From Alphaproteobacteria bacterium (GTDB lineage Bacteria > Pseudomonadota > Alphaproteobacteria > Bin95), in NCBI GenBank assembly GCA_965220855.1, contig CBDCQY010000001.1, positions 1,384,592 through 1,448,591 of the forward strand: 64,000 nucleotides of DNA, in the 5' to 3' direction. The notes under the pieces were generated by a model. That model searched no databases. It saw only the letters and a program-made list of their open reading frames with translations, and was not told the origin of the DNA. Of this stretch, positions 18,710 through 28,643 are shown one piece after another. Within the stretch, counting starts at the first letter, position 1, and every line of letters begins with the position of its first letter. A program made the position numbers and the translations under genes.

Positions 18710-19695
18710 GCGCGCCGCTGATCGAGGCGCGCGAGGTCGCCAAGACCTTCACCGTCAGCCAGGGGCTGTTCCGCGCCCGGCGTCCGCTCCACGCCGTCAA
18801 CGGCGTCTCGCTGGAAATCCGCAAGGGCGAGGTGCTGGCGCTGGTCGGGGAGTCGGGCTGCGGCAAGACCACCATGGCGCGGCTGATCCTCGGCCTCGAA
18901 CGCCCCAGCAGCGGCGAGATTCTGCTGGACTCGACCCCGCTCTCCAGCCTGAACCGCATCGCGGTCGCGCGGCGGGTGCAGCCGGTGTTTCAGGACCCCT
19001 ATTCATCGCTGAACCCGCGCAAGTCGGTCGGCTCGATCATCTCGCTGCCGCTGCGCGTCCACCGGGTCGGCGACCCGTCCGGCTGGCGGCGGCGGGTCGA
19101 GGAGATGATGGAGATCGTCGGGCTGCCCCGGCGGCTCTACCGCAACTATCCGAGCCAGCTTTCCGGCGGCCAGCGCCAGCGCGTCGCGATCGCGCGCGCG
19201 CTCATCATGCGCCCCGATATCGTCATCTGCGACGAGCCGACCTCGGCCCTCGACGTCTCGGTGCAGGCCCAGATCCTCAACCAGCTGCTGGACCTGCGGC
19301 GCGACCTGGAGCTGACCTATCTGCTGATCACGCACGATCTGGCGGTGGTCGAGCATATGGCGACGCGCGTGGCGGTGATGTATCTCGGGCGCATCGTCGA
19401 GCTTGCCGACGCGGCGGCGATCTTCCGCGCGCCGCAGCATCCCTACACGAAGGCGCTGCTCGGCTCGATCCTGACGCCGGACCCGACGCTCGACCTGCCG
19501 GACATGCAGCTGGGCGCGGGCTTTCCCAATCCCGTCGATCCGCCTTCGGGCTGCAGCTTCCACCCGCGCTGCCCGTTCGTCATGCCCCATTGCCGGGAGC
19601 GCGCGCCCGCCAGCCACGACACCGGGCAGGCGACGGTCGCCTGCCATCTGTTCGCGCCGGAGGCCGCCGGCGGCGGGGCAGGCCCGTCCGGGTGA
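18706..19695 (+). CDS. ABC transporter ATP-binding protein (DppF/OppF-like)
   Basis: Walker A GESGCGKT and signature LSGGQRQR. The GTG start is coupled to the upstream stop by a GTGA overlap. The longer ORF from 18646 is an upstream extension. Confidence 0.85.
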   Translation: MSAPLIEAREVAKTFTVSQGLFRARRPLHAVNGVSLEIRKGEVLALVGESGCGKTTMARLILGLERPSSGEILLDSTPLSSLNRIAVARRVQPVFQDPYSSLNPRKSVGSIISLPLRVHRVGDPSGWRRRVEEMMEIVGLPRRLYRNYPSQLSGGQRQRVAIARALIMRPDIVICDEPTSALDVSVQAQILNQLLDLRRDLELTYLLITHDLAVVEHMATRVAVMYLGRIVELADAAAIFRAPQHPYTKALLGSILTPDPTLDLPDMQLGAGFPNPVDPPSGCSFHPRCPFVMPHCRERAPASHDTGQATVACHLFAPEAAGGGAGPSG

Positions 19696-19701
19696 CGCCT
19701 C

Positions 19702-20904
19702 TCAGTCGGCGGCGTCCTCGTCGGGGGGCAGGTCGCCGGCGCCCAGCGTGCGGTCCTCGAAGCCGGCCGGAACCTCGCGCCCGCTGTCGGTGAAGGCGCG
19801 GCGCACGGCCTCCACATTGCCTTCCAGCACGCGCAGGCGATTGTCGCGCACGAAGGCGTTGGACGCGTGGAGCATGTCGGTCGAGCCCTGGAAGCGGGGC
19901 GCCACATGGCGGGCGAACAGCTCGTAGCTCTTCATGGTCTGCTCGCGATTGGCCCATTCGTTCGCGCGGAAGAGGATGCCGCCGAAGCCGCCCTGGGAGA
20001 GCTCCAGCAGATATTCGATGCCGCGAATGGCGGTCTCGGGCGAGCCGATCAGCGTGGTGCCCATCTTCACGCCCTCGCGCACCGGGTCGTCGGCCCGGCC
20101 CGGCGGGCGGCCGAGCGTCTGCTCGAAATAGGTCACGGTCTCCAGCCGCTCGCCGGCCTTCACCTGCCGCAGCGCCTCCTCGTCGTCCTCCGCGAGATGC
20201 ATGTTGACCACCACGCGCCAGTCTTGGCGGTCCATGGTCTTGCCATGCTTCGCGGCCTCGTCTTCGGCGATCCGCCATTGCTTCGCCAGCATTTCCGGTC
20301 CGCCCGGAATGCCCGCGCCAATGGACAGCACGCCGAGCCCGTGCCGGCCCGCCGCCATCATGCCGAAGGGGGTGATGGTGGAGGCGACCGCGATCGGGAA
20401 GCGCCCCTCGGTCCAGGGCGCCAGATGCAGCCGCGCCTCGCGCAGCGTGAACCAGTCGGTCTCCATCGTCACCGGCTCGCCGCAGTCCAGCAGCGCGACG
20501 ATGGCGTCCAGCGCCTCGATCATGCGCCGGCGCTGGTCGGTCGGCTTGATGCCCATCATGTAGGCGTCGGTGATCAGCGCGCCCGGCCCGCAGCCCAGCA
20601 TGGTGCGTCCCCGGCTCATATGGTCCAGCTGCACGAAGCGCTGCGCCACCAGCAGCGGGTGGTGATAGGGCAGGGAGGTGACGCCGGAGCCGAGCCGGAT
20701 ATGGCGGGTGCGCTGCAGGGCCGCGCCGATGAAGATCTCGGGCGCGGCGATGATCTCCCAGCCGGCGGAGTGATGCTCGCCGATCCAGGCCTCGTCATAG
20801 CCCAGATGGTCGAGCCACTCGATCAGCTCCAGGTCCCGGTCCATGGCCAGCGTCGGGTTCTCGCCGAGCGCATGGAAGGGGGCGAGGAAGACGCCGAAAC
20901 TCAT
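19702..20904 (-). CDS. LLM-class flavin-dependent (luciferase-like) monooxygenase
   Basis: A ~400-aa luciferase-like TIM-barrel family pattern (MSFGVFLAPFH...). Convergent with dppF with a 6-bp gap. Confidence 0.8.
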   Translation of the reverse strand: MSFGVFLAPFHALGENPTLAMDRDLELIEWLDHLGYDEAWIGEHHSAGWEIIAAPEIFIGAALQRTRHIRLGSGVTSLPYHHPLLVAQRFVQLDHMSRGRTMLGCGPGALITDAYMMGIKPTDQRRRMIEALDAIVALLDCGEPVTMETDWFTLREARLHLAPWTEGRFPIAVASTITPFGMMAAGRHGLGVLSIGAGIPGGPEMLAKQWRIAEDEAAKHGKTMDRQDWRVVVNMHLAEDDEEALRQVKAGERLETVTYFEQTLGRPPGRADDPVREGVKMGTTLIGSPETAIRGIEYLLELSQGGFGGILFRANEWANREQTMKSYELFARHVAPRFQGSTDMLHASNAFVRDNRLRVLEGNVEAVRRAFTDSGREVPAGFEDRTLGAGDLPPDEDAAD

Positions 20905-21039
20905 GCCGCGCCGCGCCATGACGATCTCCCGATATGGCAGGAAAGGGCGTCATCATGCCGCAAACCCACCCCCGACGCCAGCGACGGGAGCGGGGCGCGC
21001 GCGCCGGAGGGTAGCCGCCTCCGAGCGGACACGCCCCGG

Positions 21040-21288
21040 CTATCTGTGGCGTGCGGCGCGCGCAAGCAACAAGCGCAGGTCCTCTCTTGGCGGCCCGGAT
21101 TTTGCCAGGGCCATTGCTCTGGATCGCTCCACGTCGTCCAGCACTTCCGCGATCAATCCGGAATCCCCATCCTCAAGCGCCGCTTCGAGAAAAGCCACGA
21201 CGTCGTCCGGGTCTTCGAGATAGTCCGCAGGGTCCCACGGACGCGACATCTCCCTTACTGCAGCCGCCAACTCTTTATCTTCATTCAT
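21040..21288 (-). CDS. orphan, C-terminally truncated addiction-module antidote (HigA-like HTH antitoxin remnant)
   Basis: WDPADYLEDPDDVVAFLEAALEDGDSGLIAEVLDDVERSRAMALAKSGPPREDL matches the conserved antidote-family pattern (DYL...AYLEAALEDGD...ARGM..A...G..RE.LY.AL). Similarity ends inside the HTH recognition helix. The C-terminal half is missing and no toxin gene is adjacent. The start is at MNEDKE, with GGAGA 7 nt upstream. Confidence 0.4.
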   Translation of the reverse strand: MNEDKELAAAVREMSRPWDPADYLEDPDDVVAFLEAALEDGDSGLIAEVLDDVERSRAMALAKSGPPREDLRLLLARAARHR

Positions 21289-21315
21289 AGCCGTCTCCAT
21301 ATAGACCCGCCCAGC

Positions 21316-22152
21316 CTAGCGGACCAGGGTGCGGTGCATGATGCGCTCCTGGGTGCGATCATAGTCGTGGCGGACCATGTGGAGGGCTTGGGCGTTGTCC
21401 CAGAGCAGCACGTCGCCCGGCCGCCAGCGGTGGCGATAGACGAAGCGCTCCTGCTCGCAATGCGCCGTCAGGCGGGCCATGAGCGCCTGCGAGGCCTCCA
21501 CGTCCAGGCCGTCGAAGCGCTCGATGCGGATCGGGTTGAAATAGAGCGCCTTTTGCCCGCTCACCGGATGCGGGCGCACCAGCGGGTGGCGGGCGCTCGG
21601 CGCCTCGCGCGCCTCCTCGGCGGTCATCTTCGCCATACGGCGCGGCGCGAAGCGGCTGTTGTAGATGTGGTGGCCGACCAGCGGCTCCACCTCCCGGCGG
21701 GTCGCCTCGTCGAGCGCCTCATAGGCCGCGCGCTGATTGGTGAAGCTGGTGTCGCCGCCCCGGTCGGGCAGCCGGATGGCGCGCAGCATGGTGCCGCGCG
21801 GCGGCTCCGGCAGGTGGGAGTGGTCGGTGTGCCAGGTGCCGCCCGTATCCAGCGGCTTGCCGTCGCCGAGCGTGTCGCGATGCCGGCTGGAGAGCAGGCG
21901 GATCTGCGGGAAGCCCTCCACCCGATATTCCGGGCGCTGCACCGGCTGCGCCACATTGTCGCCGAAGAGGCCGGCCAGCGCCACGAAGCCCGCCGGGTCG
22001 AGCGCCATGTCGCGGAACACCAGCACCACCCGGTCGGTCCAGGCCTCCTGCAAGCGCCGGCGCGCCGCCGCGTCGCCGCTATGGCGGGCGATGTCCAGCC
22101 CCGACACTTCCGCGCCGATGACGCCCGGCAGGGCGCGAATCTCGAAATCCAT
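21316..22152 (-). CDS. TauD/TfdA-family Fe(II)/2-oxoglutarate-dependent dioxygenase
   Basis: WHTDHSH places His and Asp in the facial triad, with typical length and order. Confidence 0.85.
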   Translation of the reverse strand: MDFEIRALPGVIGAEVSGLDIARHSGDAAARRRLQEAWTDRVVLVFRDMALDPAGFVALAGLFGDNVAQPVQRPEYRVEGFPQIRLLSSRHRDTLGDGKPLDTGGTWHTDHSHLPEPPRGTMLRAIRLPDRGGDTSFTNQRAAYEALDEATRREVEPLVGHHIYNSRFAPRRMAKMTAEEAREAPSARHPLVRPHPVSGQKALYFNPIRIERFDGLDVEASQALMARLTAHCEQERFVYRHRWRPGDVLLWDNAQALHMVRHDYDRTQERIMHRTLVR

Positions 22153-22157
22153 CGCCG

Positions 22158-22976
22158 TCAGCCTCCCCTTGCCTCCGCGCCGTCCTGCAGCAGCAGCATG
22201 ACGGCGCCGTTATTGTCGTCTCCGCCGACGAAGGGCCGGCCGTCTGCGGTCTGCCGCACCCGCACGCCGTTTCGCTCCATCAGCCCAACGGCCCGCCCGA
22301 GATCGGCGAAGGCGACCGCATGGCCGGCCATGCAGGACAGGCCGGGCGGCCGCTCGCCCGGAAAGAGCGTCCCGAACGCCTCGGGGGCGAGCGCGCGCCA
22401 ACCCTCCGCGTCTGCGCCCAGCGCCCGCAGCCGGTCGGCGAGCGCCTCCGCCCGGTCGGAGACGAAGAAGCAGTGCGAGAGCGCCGCCGCGCCGTTCGGG
22501 TGGTCCAGCAGTTCCGGCAGCCAGAGCAGCTCCGGCGTCTCGTGCTCGATGACGATGATGCGGCCCTCGGGCCAGGCGGCGTCCTTCGAGAAGATGTTGC
22601 GAAAGCGCATCTCCCCGGCGGGCGTCAGGCGCGCGCGCTGCGCCGGCGGCGCGAAGCCGAGCGCGGCCAGTCCGGGCCAGGCGCCGTCCGCCGAAGCGCA
22701 GCGAAAGGCCGCGATATGCATGCCCTCATGCCGGGCCATATAGCCCGCCCAGGGGTTGAAGCGCTCCGGCGCGCGGAGGCCGATCAGCTCCAGATAGCCC
22801 CGCCGGAAGAGCGCGCAGCGATTGGCGGTGGCCCAGGGCCGCATTCCGCTTTCTCCCGGAACCGCGCCCTGCTGCGGCGTTTCCGGCGAGAGGCGGAAGC
22901 CGAGCCGCGCCCAGGTCTCCGCGCCCGCGTCGAGATCGGCGCGCATCTGCCCGGTATGATCGAGCGGGAAGCTCAC
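22158..22976 (-). CDS. VOC (glyoxalase/bleomycin-resistance/dioxygenase) family protein, two-domain
   Basis: 272 aa in a two-module layout typical of VOC proteins. Compact spacing with neighbouring genes. Confidence 0.6.
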   Translation of the reverse strand: MSFPLDHTGQMRADLDAGAETWARLGFRLSPETPQQGAVPGESGMRPWATANRCALFRRGYLELIGLRAPERFNPWAGYMARHEGMHIAAFRCASADGAWPGLAALGFAPPAQRARLTPAGEMRFRNIFSKDAAWPEGRIIVIEHETPELLWLPELLDHPNGAAALSHCFFVSDRAEALADRLRALGADAEGWRALAPEAFGTLFPGERPPGLSCMAGHAVAFADLGRAVGLMERNGVRVRQTADGRPFVGGDDNNGAVMLLLQDGAEARGG

Positions 22977-24979
22977 GGCAGCCGCACATCGGTGAGCGGC
23001 CGGCCCCAGTCCTCCGCCCGCGCCAGCACGCGCGGCAGATCCTCCTCCAGCATGAAGCCCGCGGCGATGAGCTTGCGGGCCGCCGCCTCGACGGCGCGGA
23101 GATAGCCCGCCGCATCGCCGTAGCGCTCCAGCAGCGAAGCGCGCGGATCGCCCGTGGCGGCGCGCTCCTCGGGCGTGTCGGGGAAGGGGATGTAGCCGCC
23201 GGAGAACTCATGCATGGCGCCGCCGGCAAACTCGCGCCGGCGCAGGTTCCAGCCGGTGAAGCTGCCGACCGGGGCCGCCACCATCGGGGCCAGCACGCCC
23301 GAGGTCTCGTTGCCGTCGGCATCGACGGCCGGCACCAGCACCGGATAGCCCGCCTCCGCCAGCACGTCCGGCGGCTCCTTGTCGAGAATGCCCTCGTCTT
23401 CGCGCGGGCCGAAATCGAGCGCCGGCATGAGGTTGGGCGATTGCGGAACCGCGACGCCGGGGATCGCGGGAAACTGCCGCCGCCACGCCTCGTACTCCAC
23501 CAGCGTGCCGTCGTCCGCGCGCGGATGGCGGCTCGCCGGCGGCGGCGCGCCCTCGCTGGCCCAGCGGTCGAGCGCGTCCAGCAGGGCGCGGAACAGCATC
23601 GAGGTCTGGGCGACATTCAGCCATTGCTGGCAGACGGCGCGGCGCGGGAGCTTCTGATTCGGGTCGGAGCCGTGCTGCGCGCCGGCCCAGTGATAGATGC
23701 GCACGCCTTCCGGCTCCGGCAGGTCGCGGCCTTCGCAATCGGTGTGCACGAGCGAGCCGCGCCGCTGCCAATATTCGGTCGCGGTCTGGGTGTGCAGGAT
23801 GAGCGGGTCGGTCTCCGGGCGCTTCAGGATGGCGTCGCTCCGCCCGCTCCAGGGGTCCCGGCACGGCGCGTAGGCGAAGGGGAAGCGGTCGGCGGGCGCG
23901 TAATGGTCCTCATGTTGCTGGCCGCCGGAGACCACGGCGTTGGCGAAGCGCTGGTTGAGCCACTTGCCGCCGGCCCCGGAGACATGCGGCATCAGCCCGT
24001 CGAACACGCGCCGCCCGGCGGCGTCGGCGTTGAAGCCCCGCCAGACGAAATCCCGGATCGCGCGCCCGGTCTGCGAGCGCCCGTAGCCATAGGCGCGGTC
24101 GATGCCGCCGAGCGGATTGCCAACCCCTTCCTCATAGCGCAGGAAGCTCACCAGATCGCGCACCGCGACATGTCCGAGGCCCATCACCAGCGGGTCGCGG
24201 CCCTCATAGACCAGCTCGTAGATCCAGCCGGGGCGGAAGCCCTCGGGCAGGTGGATGTGGCTGTCCGAGGGCACGATCGCCCGGTTGGGCCCGAGACCGT
24301 CCAGGCCGCCGCCGGACTCGATGCGCGCGAAGGACCAGGCCTCCGGCGCGACCGGCTGGCGTTCGGCGTCGGCATAGGCGCGCACGGTCAGCCGGGCCTT
24401 GCTCGTGTCGAGCGACACGGTCGGGTGCGAGCGCGTCGAGCCGCGTCCGCTGAGCGGCAGGCAGGTTACGCCCGGCTCGTCGGCGATGAACTCGGTGCGC
24501 ACCGGGCCGGTCACCGGCGCCTCGCCATGGCGCGCGACCGGCAGGTCGAGCAGCAGCCGCCCGTCGCCCGGCAGCAGGTCGCCCTGCCAGGCGCCGAATA
24601 CCATCGTATAGCCGCGCCGGAAGAGGAAGCCGTTGCCGGCATGGGCGCCGGAGGCGGGGTCGTTGCTGTGCTCCGCGTCGCAGAAATATTGCAGCGCGCG
24701 CATATTGCCGCGATTGCCCCAGTCGAACAGCAGGCGGCGATTGCCGAGCGCGGGGTCAGCCGGCTGGAGGATGAAGACATCGGCGCCGAACGCGATCCGG
24801 CCCTCGCCGTCGCGCGGCGCAAGCGCGATGTCGGTGACGCCCGCCTGGGCCGTGGCCAGCGGATCGACCCGGTAATGCGCCCGCGCCCGGAGGCGCTCAT
24901 AAGCGCCGGTGGCGCCGAAAGGCTCGCCGTCGGCGAACGGCCGGCGGTCGAGGATTTCCAGTCGAACGGCGTTGCTCAT
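22973..24979 (-). CDS. conserved hypothetical protein (668 aa), possible hydrolase fold
   Basis: Long ORF with host-like codon usage. I recognise no diagnostic motif. It overlaps the VOC start by 4 bp. Confidence 0.55.
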   Translation of the reverse strand: MSNAVRLEILDRRPFADGEPFGATGAYERLRARAHYRVDPLATAQAGVTDIALAPRDGEGRIAFGADVFILQPADPALGNRRLLFDWGNRGNMRALQYFCDAEHSNDPASGAHAGNGFLFRRGYTMVFGAWQGDLLPGDGRLLLDLPVARHGEAPVTGPVRTEFIADEPGVTCLPLSGRGSTRSHPTVSLDTSKARLTVRAYADAERQPVAPEAWSFARIESGGGLDGLGPNRAIVPSDSHIHLPEGFRPGWIYELVYEGRDPLVMGLGHVAVRDLVSFLRYEEGVGNPLGGIDRAYGYGRSQTGRAIRDFVWRGFNADAAGRRVFDGLMPHVSGAGGKWLNQRFANAVVSGGQQHEDHYAPADRFPFAYAPCRDPWSGRSDAILKRPETDPLILHTQTATEYWQRRGSLVHTDCEGRDLPEPEGVRIYHWAGAQHGSDPNQKLPRRAVCQQWLNVAQTSMLFRALLDALDRWASEGAPPPASRHPRADDGTLVEYEAWRRQFPAIPGVAVPQSPNLMPALDFGPREDEGILDKEPPDVLAEAGYPVLVPAVDADGNETSGVLAPMVAAPVGSFTGWNLRRREFAGGAMHEFSGGYIPFPDTPEERAATGDPRASLLERYGDAAGYLRAVEAAARKLIAAGFMLEEDLPRVLARAEDWGRPLTDVRLP

Positions 24980-25047
24980 CGCCAGCAGGCCCCAACTCCA
25001 TAAGCGAAGGGGCTAGAATAGTCGCTCTCTCCGGGAGGTCGAAAGCC

Positions 25048-25806
25048 ATGACCGAATCCGTCGTGCTGACCGAGCAGCAGGGCCCTGTGCGCCATATCGT
25101 GCTGAACCGTCCCGAGGCGCTGAACGCGATCAGCGACGCCATGGTGGCCGAGCTCGGCGCGGCCTTCCGCGCCGCCAACGCCGACGGCGCAACGCGCGCC
25201 ATCGTCTTTCGCGGCGCCGGGCGGGCGTTTTGCGCCGGGGCCGACCTCAAGGCGCGCCGGCTGGCGGCGAGCGAGGCCGAGGCGCGCTCGCGCGCGCAGG
25301 CGATCCAGGATGTCACGCGCGCCATCGTCTTCGGCGATGCGCCGGTGGTCGGCGCGATCCATGGCTGGGCGGTCGGCGGCGGCTTCGAATGGGCGCTCAA
25401 TTGCGACTTTCCGATCTGGGCCGAGAGCGCGCGCGGCTTCTTCCCGGAAGTCTCCTGGGGGCTGTTCGTCACCGGCGGCGTCTCGGCCATCCTGCCGGGC
25501 CTGATCGGGCTGCAGAAAACGAAGGAGATGCTGCTGCTGGGCGAGCGCTATAGCGCGGGCGACCTGCGCGAACTGGGCGTCGCCTGGCGGGTGGCGGCGG
25601 ACGAGGCGCTGCTGGAGGAGGCAGAGGCGCTGGCCGAGAAGCTGGCGGACCTGCCGGCGCGCGCCGTGCGCGACATGAAGCGCACGCTCAACCGCGCCGC
25701 CTATGGCGACATCGCGGACGCGCTGGAGCGCGAGGTGGAGGCGGTAGTGCGCTCCTACAACGATCCCGAGACCTTCGAGCGCACGGCCGCCTTCAGCGAC
25801 CGCTGA
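25048..25806 (+). CDS. enoyl-CoA hydratase/isomerase (crotonase) family protein
   Basis: RAFCAGADLK and the oxyanion-hole region GAIHGWAVGGGFEWAL. Confidence 0.85.
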   Translation: MTESVVLTEQQGPVRHIVLNRPEALNAISDAMVAELGAAFRAANADGATRAIVFRGAGRAFCAGADLKARRLAASEAEARSRAQAIQDVTRAIVFGDAPVVGAIHGWAVGGGFEWALNCDFPIWAESARGFFPEVSWGLFVTGGVSAILPGLIGLQKTKEMLLLGERYSAGDLRELGVAWRVAADEALLEEAEALAEKLADLPARAVRDMKRTLNRAAYGDIADALEREVEAVVRSYNDPETFERTAAFSDR

Positions 25807-26230
25807 ACGCGCTGTCGGGATCGGTCAGCGCCTGCAGGCGCAGGCTGGCCACGCGTCCGAAGCGGGTGATGAGCGACTTGCGCCGGGCCGGGTCGAGCCG
25901 CCCGCCCGCCGGCTCGCGCAATAGCGCCGCGCCGAAGCCGTCGGCCACCATCAGGCCGCAGCTTGCCGGAATCAGATGCCTCGGAAAGCCGTCCGGGACG
26001 GCGAAATAGAACGCGTCGCAATAGTCCAGATATTCGGTCCACTTGGCGTCGGCGCGGTAGTCGGCCTCGGAGGACTTCACCTCCACCACGGCGATCCGCC
26101 CGTTCTCGCCGAGCGCGATCACATCCACCCGGCGGCGGTTGCGCAAGGTGAACTCGGTCAGCACGCCATAGCCGCCGCTGCGCAGGAAGCGGCAGACGCC
26201 GCGCGCCAGGATTGCGCCATTGTTCGTCAT
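25793..26230 (-). CDS. mmcB: MmcB-family DNA repair protein (PD-(D/E)XK nuclease-like)
   Basis: RRVDVIALGENGRIAVVEVKSSEADYRADAKW...FYFAV. It sits immediately downstream of mutY, the conserved alphaproteobacterial arrangement. Confidence 0.7.
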   Translation of the reverse strand: MTNNGAILARGVCRFLRSGGYGVLTEFTLRNRRRVDVIALGENGRIAVVEVKSSEADYRADAKWTEYLDYCDAFYFAVPDGFPRHLIPASCGLMVADGFGAALLREPAGGRLDPARRKSLITRFGRVASLRLQALTDPDSAFSGR

Positions 26231-26234
26231 TTGT

Positions 26235-27305
26235 TCAGATTAGCCGCTCCCGGGCGGCGAGCGCAAGCCGCACGACCTTCTTCATCGCCGTCGGCAGCGC
26301 ATAGCGGTCCAGCCGGTCGATCGGCGCCCAGAGGCAATGCTCGGGCGGCGGCCCGGCGGCCGCGCCGGCGCGCAGCTCCAACTCCAGGATGAAATGGGTG
26401 AAGCCGTGGCGCATCACGGCGTCGAGCGGCCGCCAGGCCCCGGCCATGGGCGGCTCTTCGGGCGGCGCGCCGGTCTCGACCCAGGGGCCGGAGGGCACCT
26501 CCATCATGCCGCCGAGCAGGCCCCGCTCCGGCCGGCGGCGCAGCAGCACGCGGCCGGCGCCGTCCTCCGTCCACCAGGCGATGCCGCGCCGCACCGGGCG
26601 GGGCGGCTTGGCCGCCTTCGCCGGCAGGCGTTCGGCGATTCCGGCCGCCCGGCCGCGGCAGGCGTCCGTCCAGGGGCAGGCGTCGCAGCGGGGCGCGCGC
26701 GGCAGGCAGACGGTCGCGCCCAGGTCCATGACCGCCTGGGCGTAGTCGCCGGGCCGGCGGTCGGGCGTCAGGCCGGCGGCGGCGCGGCGAATCTCCGCCT
26801 TCGCGGCCGGCAGCGGCGTTTCGATGGCGAACAGGCGCGCCATCACCCGCTCGACATTGCCGTCCACCGCGACGGCCTTGCGGTCATGGGCGATGGCGGC
26901 GATCGCGGCAGCCGAATAGGCCCCGATGCCCGGCAGCGCCCGCAGGCCGGCCTCGTCCTCGGGCAGCCGCCCGCCATGGCGCTCCGCGATCTGCCGCGCG
27001 GCGGCGTGCAGATTGCGCGCGCGGGCGTAGTAGCCGAGCCCCTGCCACTCGCCCAGCACCTCGTCCAGCGAGGCCGCCGCCAGCGCTTCGACCGTCGGCC
27101 AGCGCGCGACGAAGCGCTCGAAATAGGGGCCGACGACCGCCGCGCCGGTCTGTTGCAGCATGATCTCGCTGAGCCAGACCCGATAGGGCGGGGCGCGCTC
27201 CCCCGGCGGCGCGCGCCAGGGCAGCGTGCGGCGATGGACGTCGTACCAGGCCAGCAATGCCTCCGCTTTCGGCTCCAGGGCAGGCTCCTTTCCGGCGCGC
27301 CGCAA
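26235..27305 (-). CDS. mutY: A/G-specific adenine DNA glycosylase
   Basis: HhH-GPD region LPGIGAYSAAAI, Fe-S cluster cysteines CLPRAPRCDACPWTDAC, and a C-terminal NUDIX-like domain. Confidence 0.9.
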   Translation of the reverse strand: MRRAGKEPALEPKAEALLAWYDVHRRTLPWRAPPGERAPPYRVWLSEIMLQQTGAAVVGPYFERFVARWPTVEALAAASLDEVLGEWQGLGYYARARNLHAAARQIAERHGGRLPEDEAGLRALPGIGAYSAAAIAAIAHDRKAVAVDGNVERVMARLFAIETPLPAAKAEIRRAAAGLTPDRRPGDYAQAVMDLGATVCLPRAPRCDACPWTDACRGRAAGIAERLPAKAAKPPRPVRRGIAWWTEDGAGRVLLRRRPERGLLGGMMEVPSGPWVETGAPPEEPPMAGAWRPLDAVMRHGFTHFILELELRAGAAAGPPPEHCLWAPIDRLDRYALPTAMKKVVRLALAARERLI

Positions 27306-27415
27306 CGGGTCCGGGCCAGTATGTCAGAAAGCGCCCGGACGAGGCGGCATTCCGTCGTCGCCCCGGCGGGGCGCGCGCCCTATGCTCGGCTGTGAGGGGC
27401 GGGCGAGCGAGGACC

Positions 27416-27859
27416 ATGGCGAGACGGGCGAGGAAGCGCGGCGGCGGGCTGCGGGCCGTGGGCGCGGCGATCGAGAGCGGGCTCGGCGGGCGCGGCTTTC
27501 CCGCGCCGCGCCTGCTGATGCGCTGGGAGGGCGTGGTCGGCGGCGAGATCGCGGCCTGGACGCAGCCCGAGCGACTCGTCCGTGGCACGCTGCATCTGCG
27601 CGTCGCCTCCGGCTGGGCGCCCTATATCCAGCATCAGGCGCCGCAGATCTGCGAGCGCGTCAACGCCTTTCTCGGCCGCCGGGCGGTGGCGCGTCTGGCG
27701 CTCCGGCAGGGCCGTCTGGCGGCGCCGCCGACCCGGCCGCGGCTCGCGGCTCCGGGCGAACCGGTCGCGGTCTCCGGCGTCGGCGATCCGCAACTGCGCG
27801 CCGCGCTGGCCCGGCTCGGCGGCGCCGTCCGGGCGGCGGAGCGGCCGGGCGTCTGTTGA
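27416..27859 (+). CDS. DUF721 (DciA-like) domain protein
   Basis: WEGVVGGEIAAWTQPERLVRGTLHLRVASGWAPYIQHQAPQICERVNAFLG fits the DUF721 pattern. ATG at 27416 is preceded by GAGGA. It lies between mutY and dsbA, as is typical. Confidence 0.6.
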   Translation: MARRARKRGGGLRAVGAAIESGLGGRGFPAPRLLMRWEGVVGGEIAAWTQPERLVRGTLHLRVASGWAPYIQHQAPQICERVNAFLGRRAVARLALRQGRLAAPPTRPRLAAPGEPVAVSGVGDPQLRAALARLGGAVRAAERPGVC

Positions 27860-27965
27860 AAACACCGGCATGACGCAGAAAATAAAGCGACCTGAGAGGC
27901 CGATGGCCTTGTTCACGCCTTACTTTCGCGGCTAGATTACAACATGTTGCGTTGAGGGCGGGCCG

Positions 27966-28634
27966 ATGCGGAAGGTGTGGATTTTCGTCACGGTCGCGGC
28001 GGTCGCCGTCGCGGCCATTTTCGCCTATGACCGGTTCTTCGGCGAAACCGGGGAGGCGGGACTGGAGGCGGCTTCCGGCGCGCCCACCGCCGCCGTCGCG
28101 GTCGCCAATCCGGAGATCAAGCCGGGCGACCATGTGCTGGGCGACCCCGACGCGCCGGTTGCGATCGTCGAATATTCGTCCATGACCTGCCCGCATTGCG
28201 CGCATTTCCACGCCGAGGGCTACAAGCATCTGAAGGCGACCTATATCGACGCCGGCAAGGTCAAGCTGGTCTTCCGCGACTTCCCGCTCGACCAGCTGGC
28301 GCTGCGCGCGGCCGCGCTCGCGGAATGCATGCCGCCGGAGCGCTATTTCGGCTTCATCGAAATGCTGTTCCAGGGCCAGTCCGACTGGGCGGGCGCGGAG
28401 GATCCGATGGGGGAGCTGGTCCGCCTCGGCAAGCTGGCCGGGCTGGACGAGGCGCGCGCCCAGGCCTGTCTCAGCGACGAGGCCAGGCTGGAGGAGGTCA
28501 TCCAGGAGCGGCTGGAGGGCGACCGGCAATATCAGATCGCCTCCACGCCGAGCTTCATCATCAACGCGCAGCGCCATCCGGGCGCGCTGACGGCGGAGGA
28601 GCTCGACGCCGTGCTGCAACCGCTGTTGAACTGA
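27966..28634 (+). CDS. DsbA-family thiol:disulfide interchange protein
   Basis: TM/signal anchor MRKVWIFVTVAAVAVAAIFA and active site CPHC. Confidence 0.85.
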   Translation: MRKVWIFVTVAAVAVAAIFAYDRFFGETGEAGLEAASGAPTAAVAVANPEIKPGDHVLGDPDAPVAIVEYSSMTCPHCAHFHAEGYKHLKATYIDAGKVKLVFRDFPLDQLALRAAALAECMPPERYFGFIEMLFQGQSDWAGAEDPMGELVRLGKLAGLDEARAQACLSDEARLEEVIQERLEGDRQYQIASTPSFIINAQRHPGALTAEELDAVLQPLLN

Positions 28635-28643
28635 GCCGGCCTC

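Noticed and set aside
19867-22743. 958-aa plus-strand ORF
   Set aside because: Antisense to the LLM, TauD and VOC genes. Composition is Arg/Ala/Gly-rich with no domain features.
25793-28634. mmcB-mutY / DUF721 / dsbA block as a novel system
   Set aside because: This is a well-known conserved alphaproteobacterial synteny and not novel.
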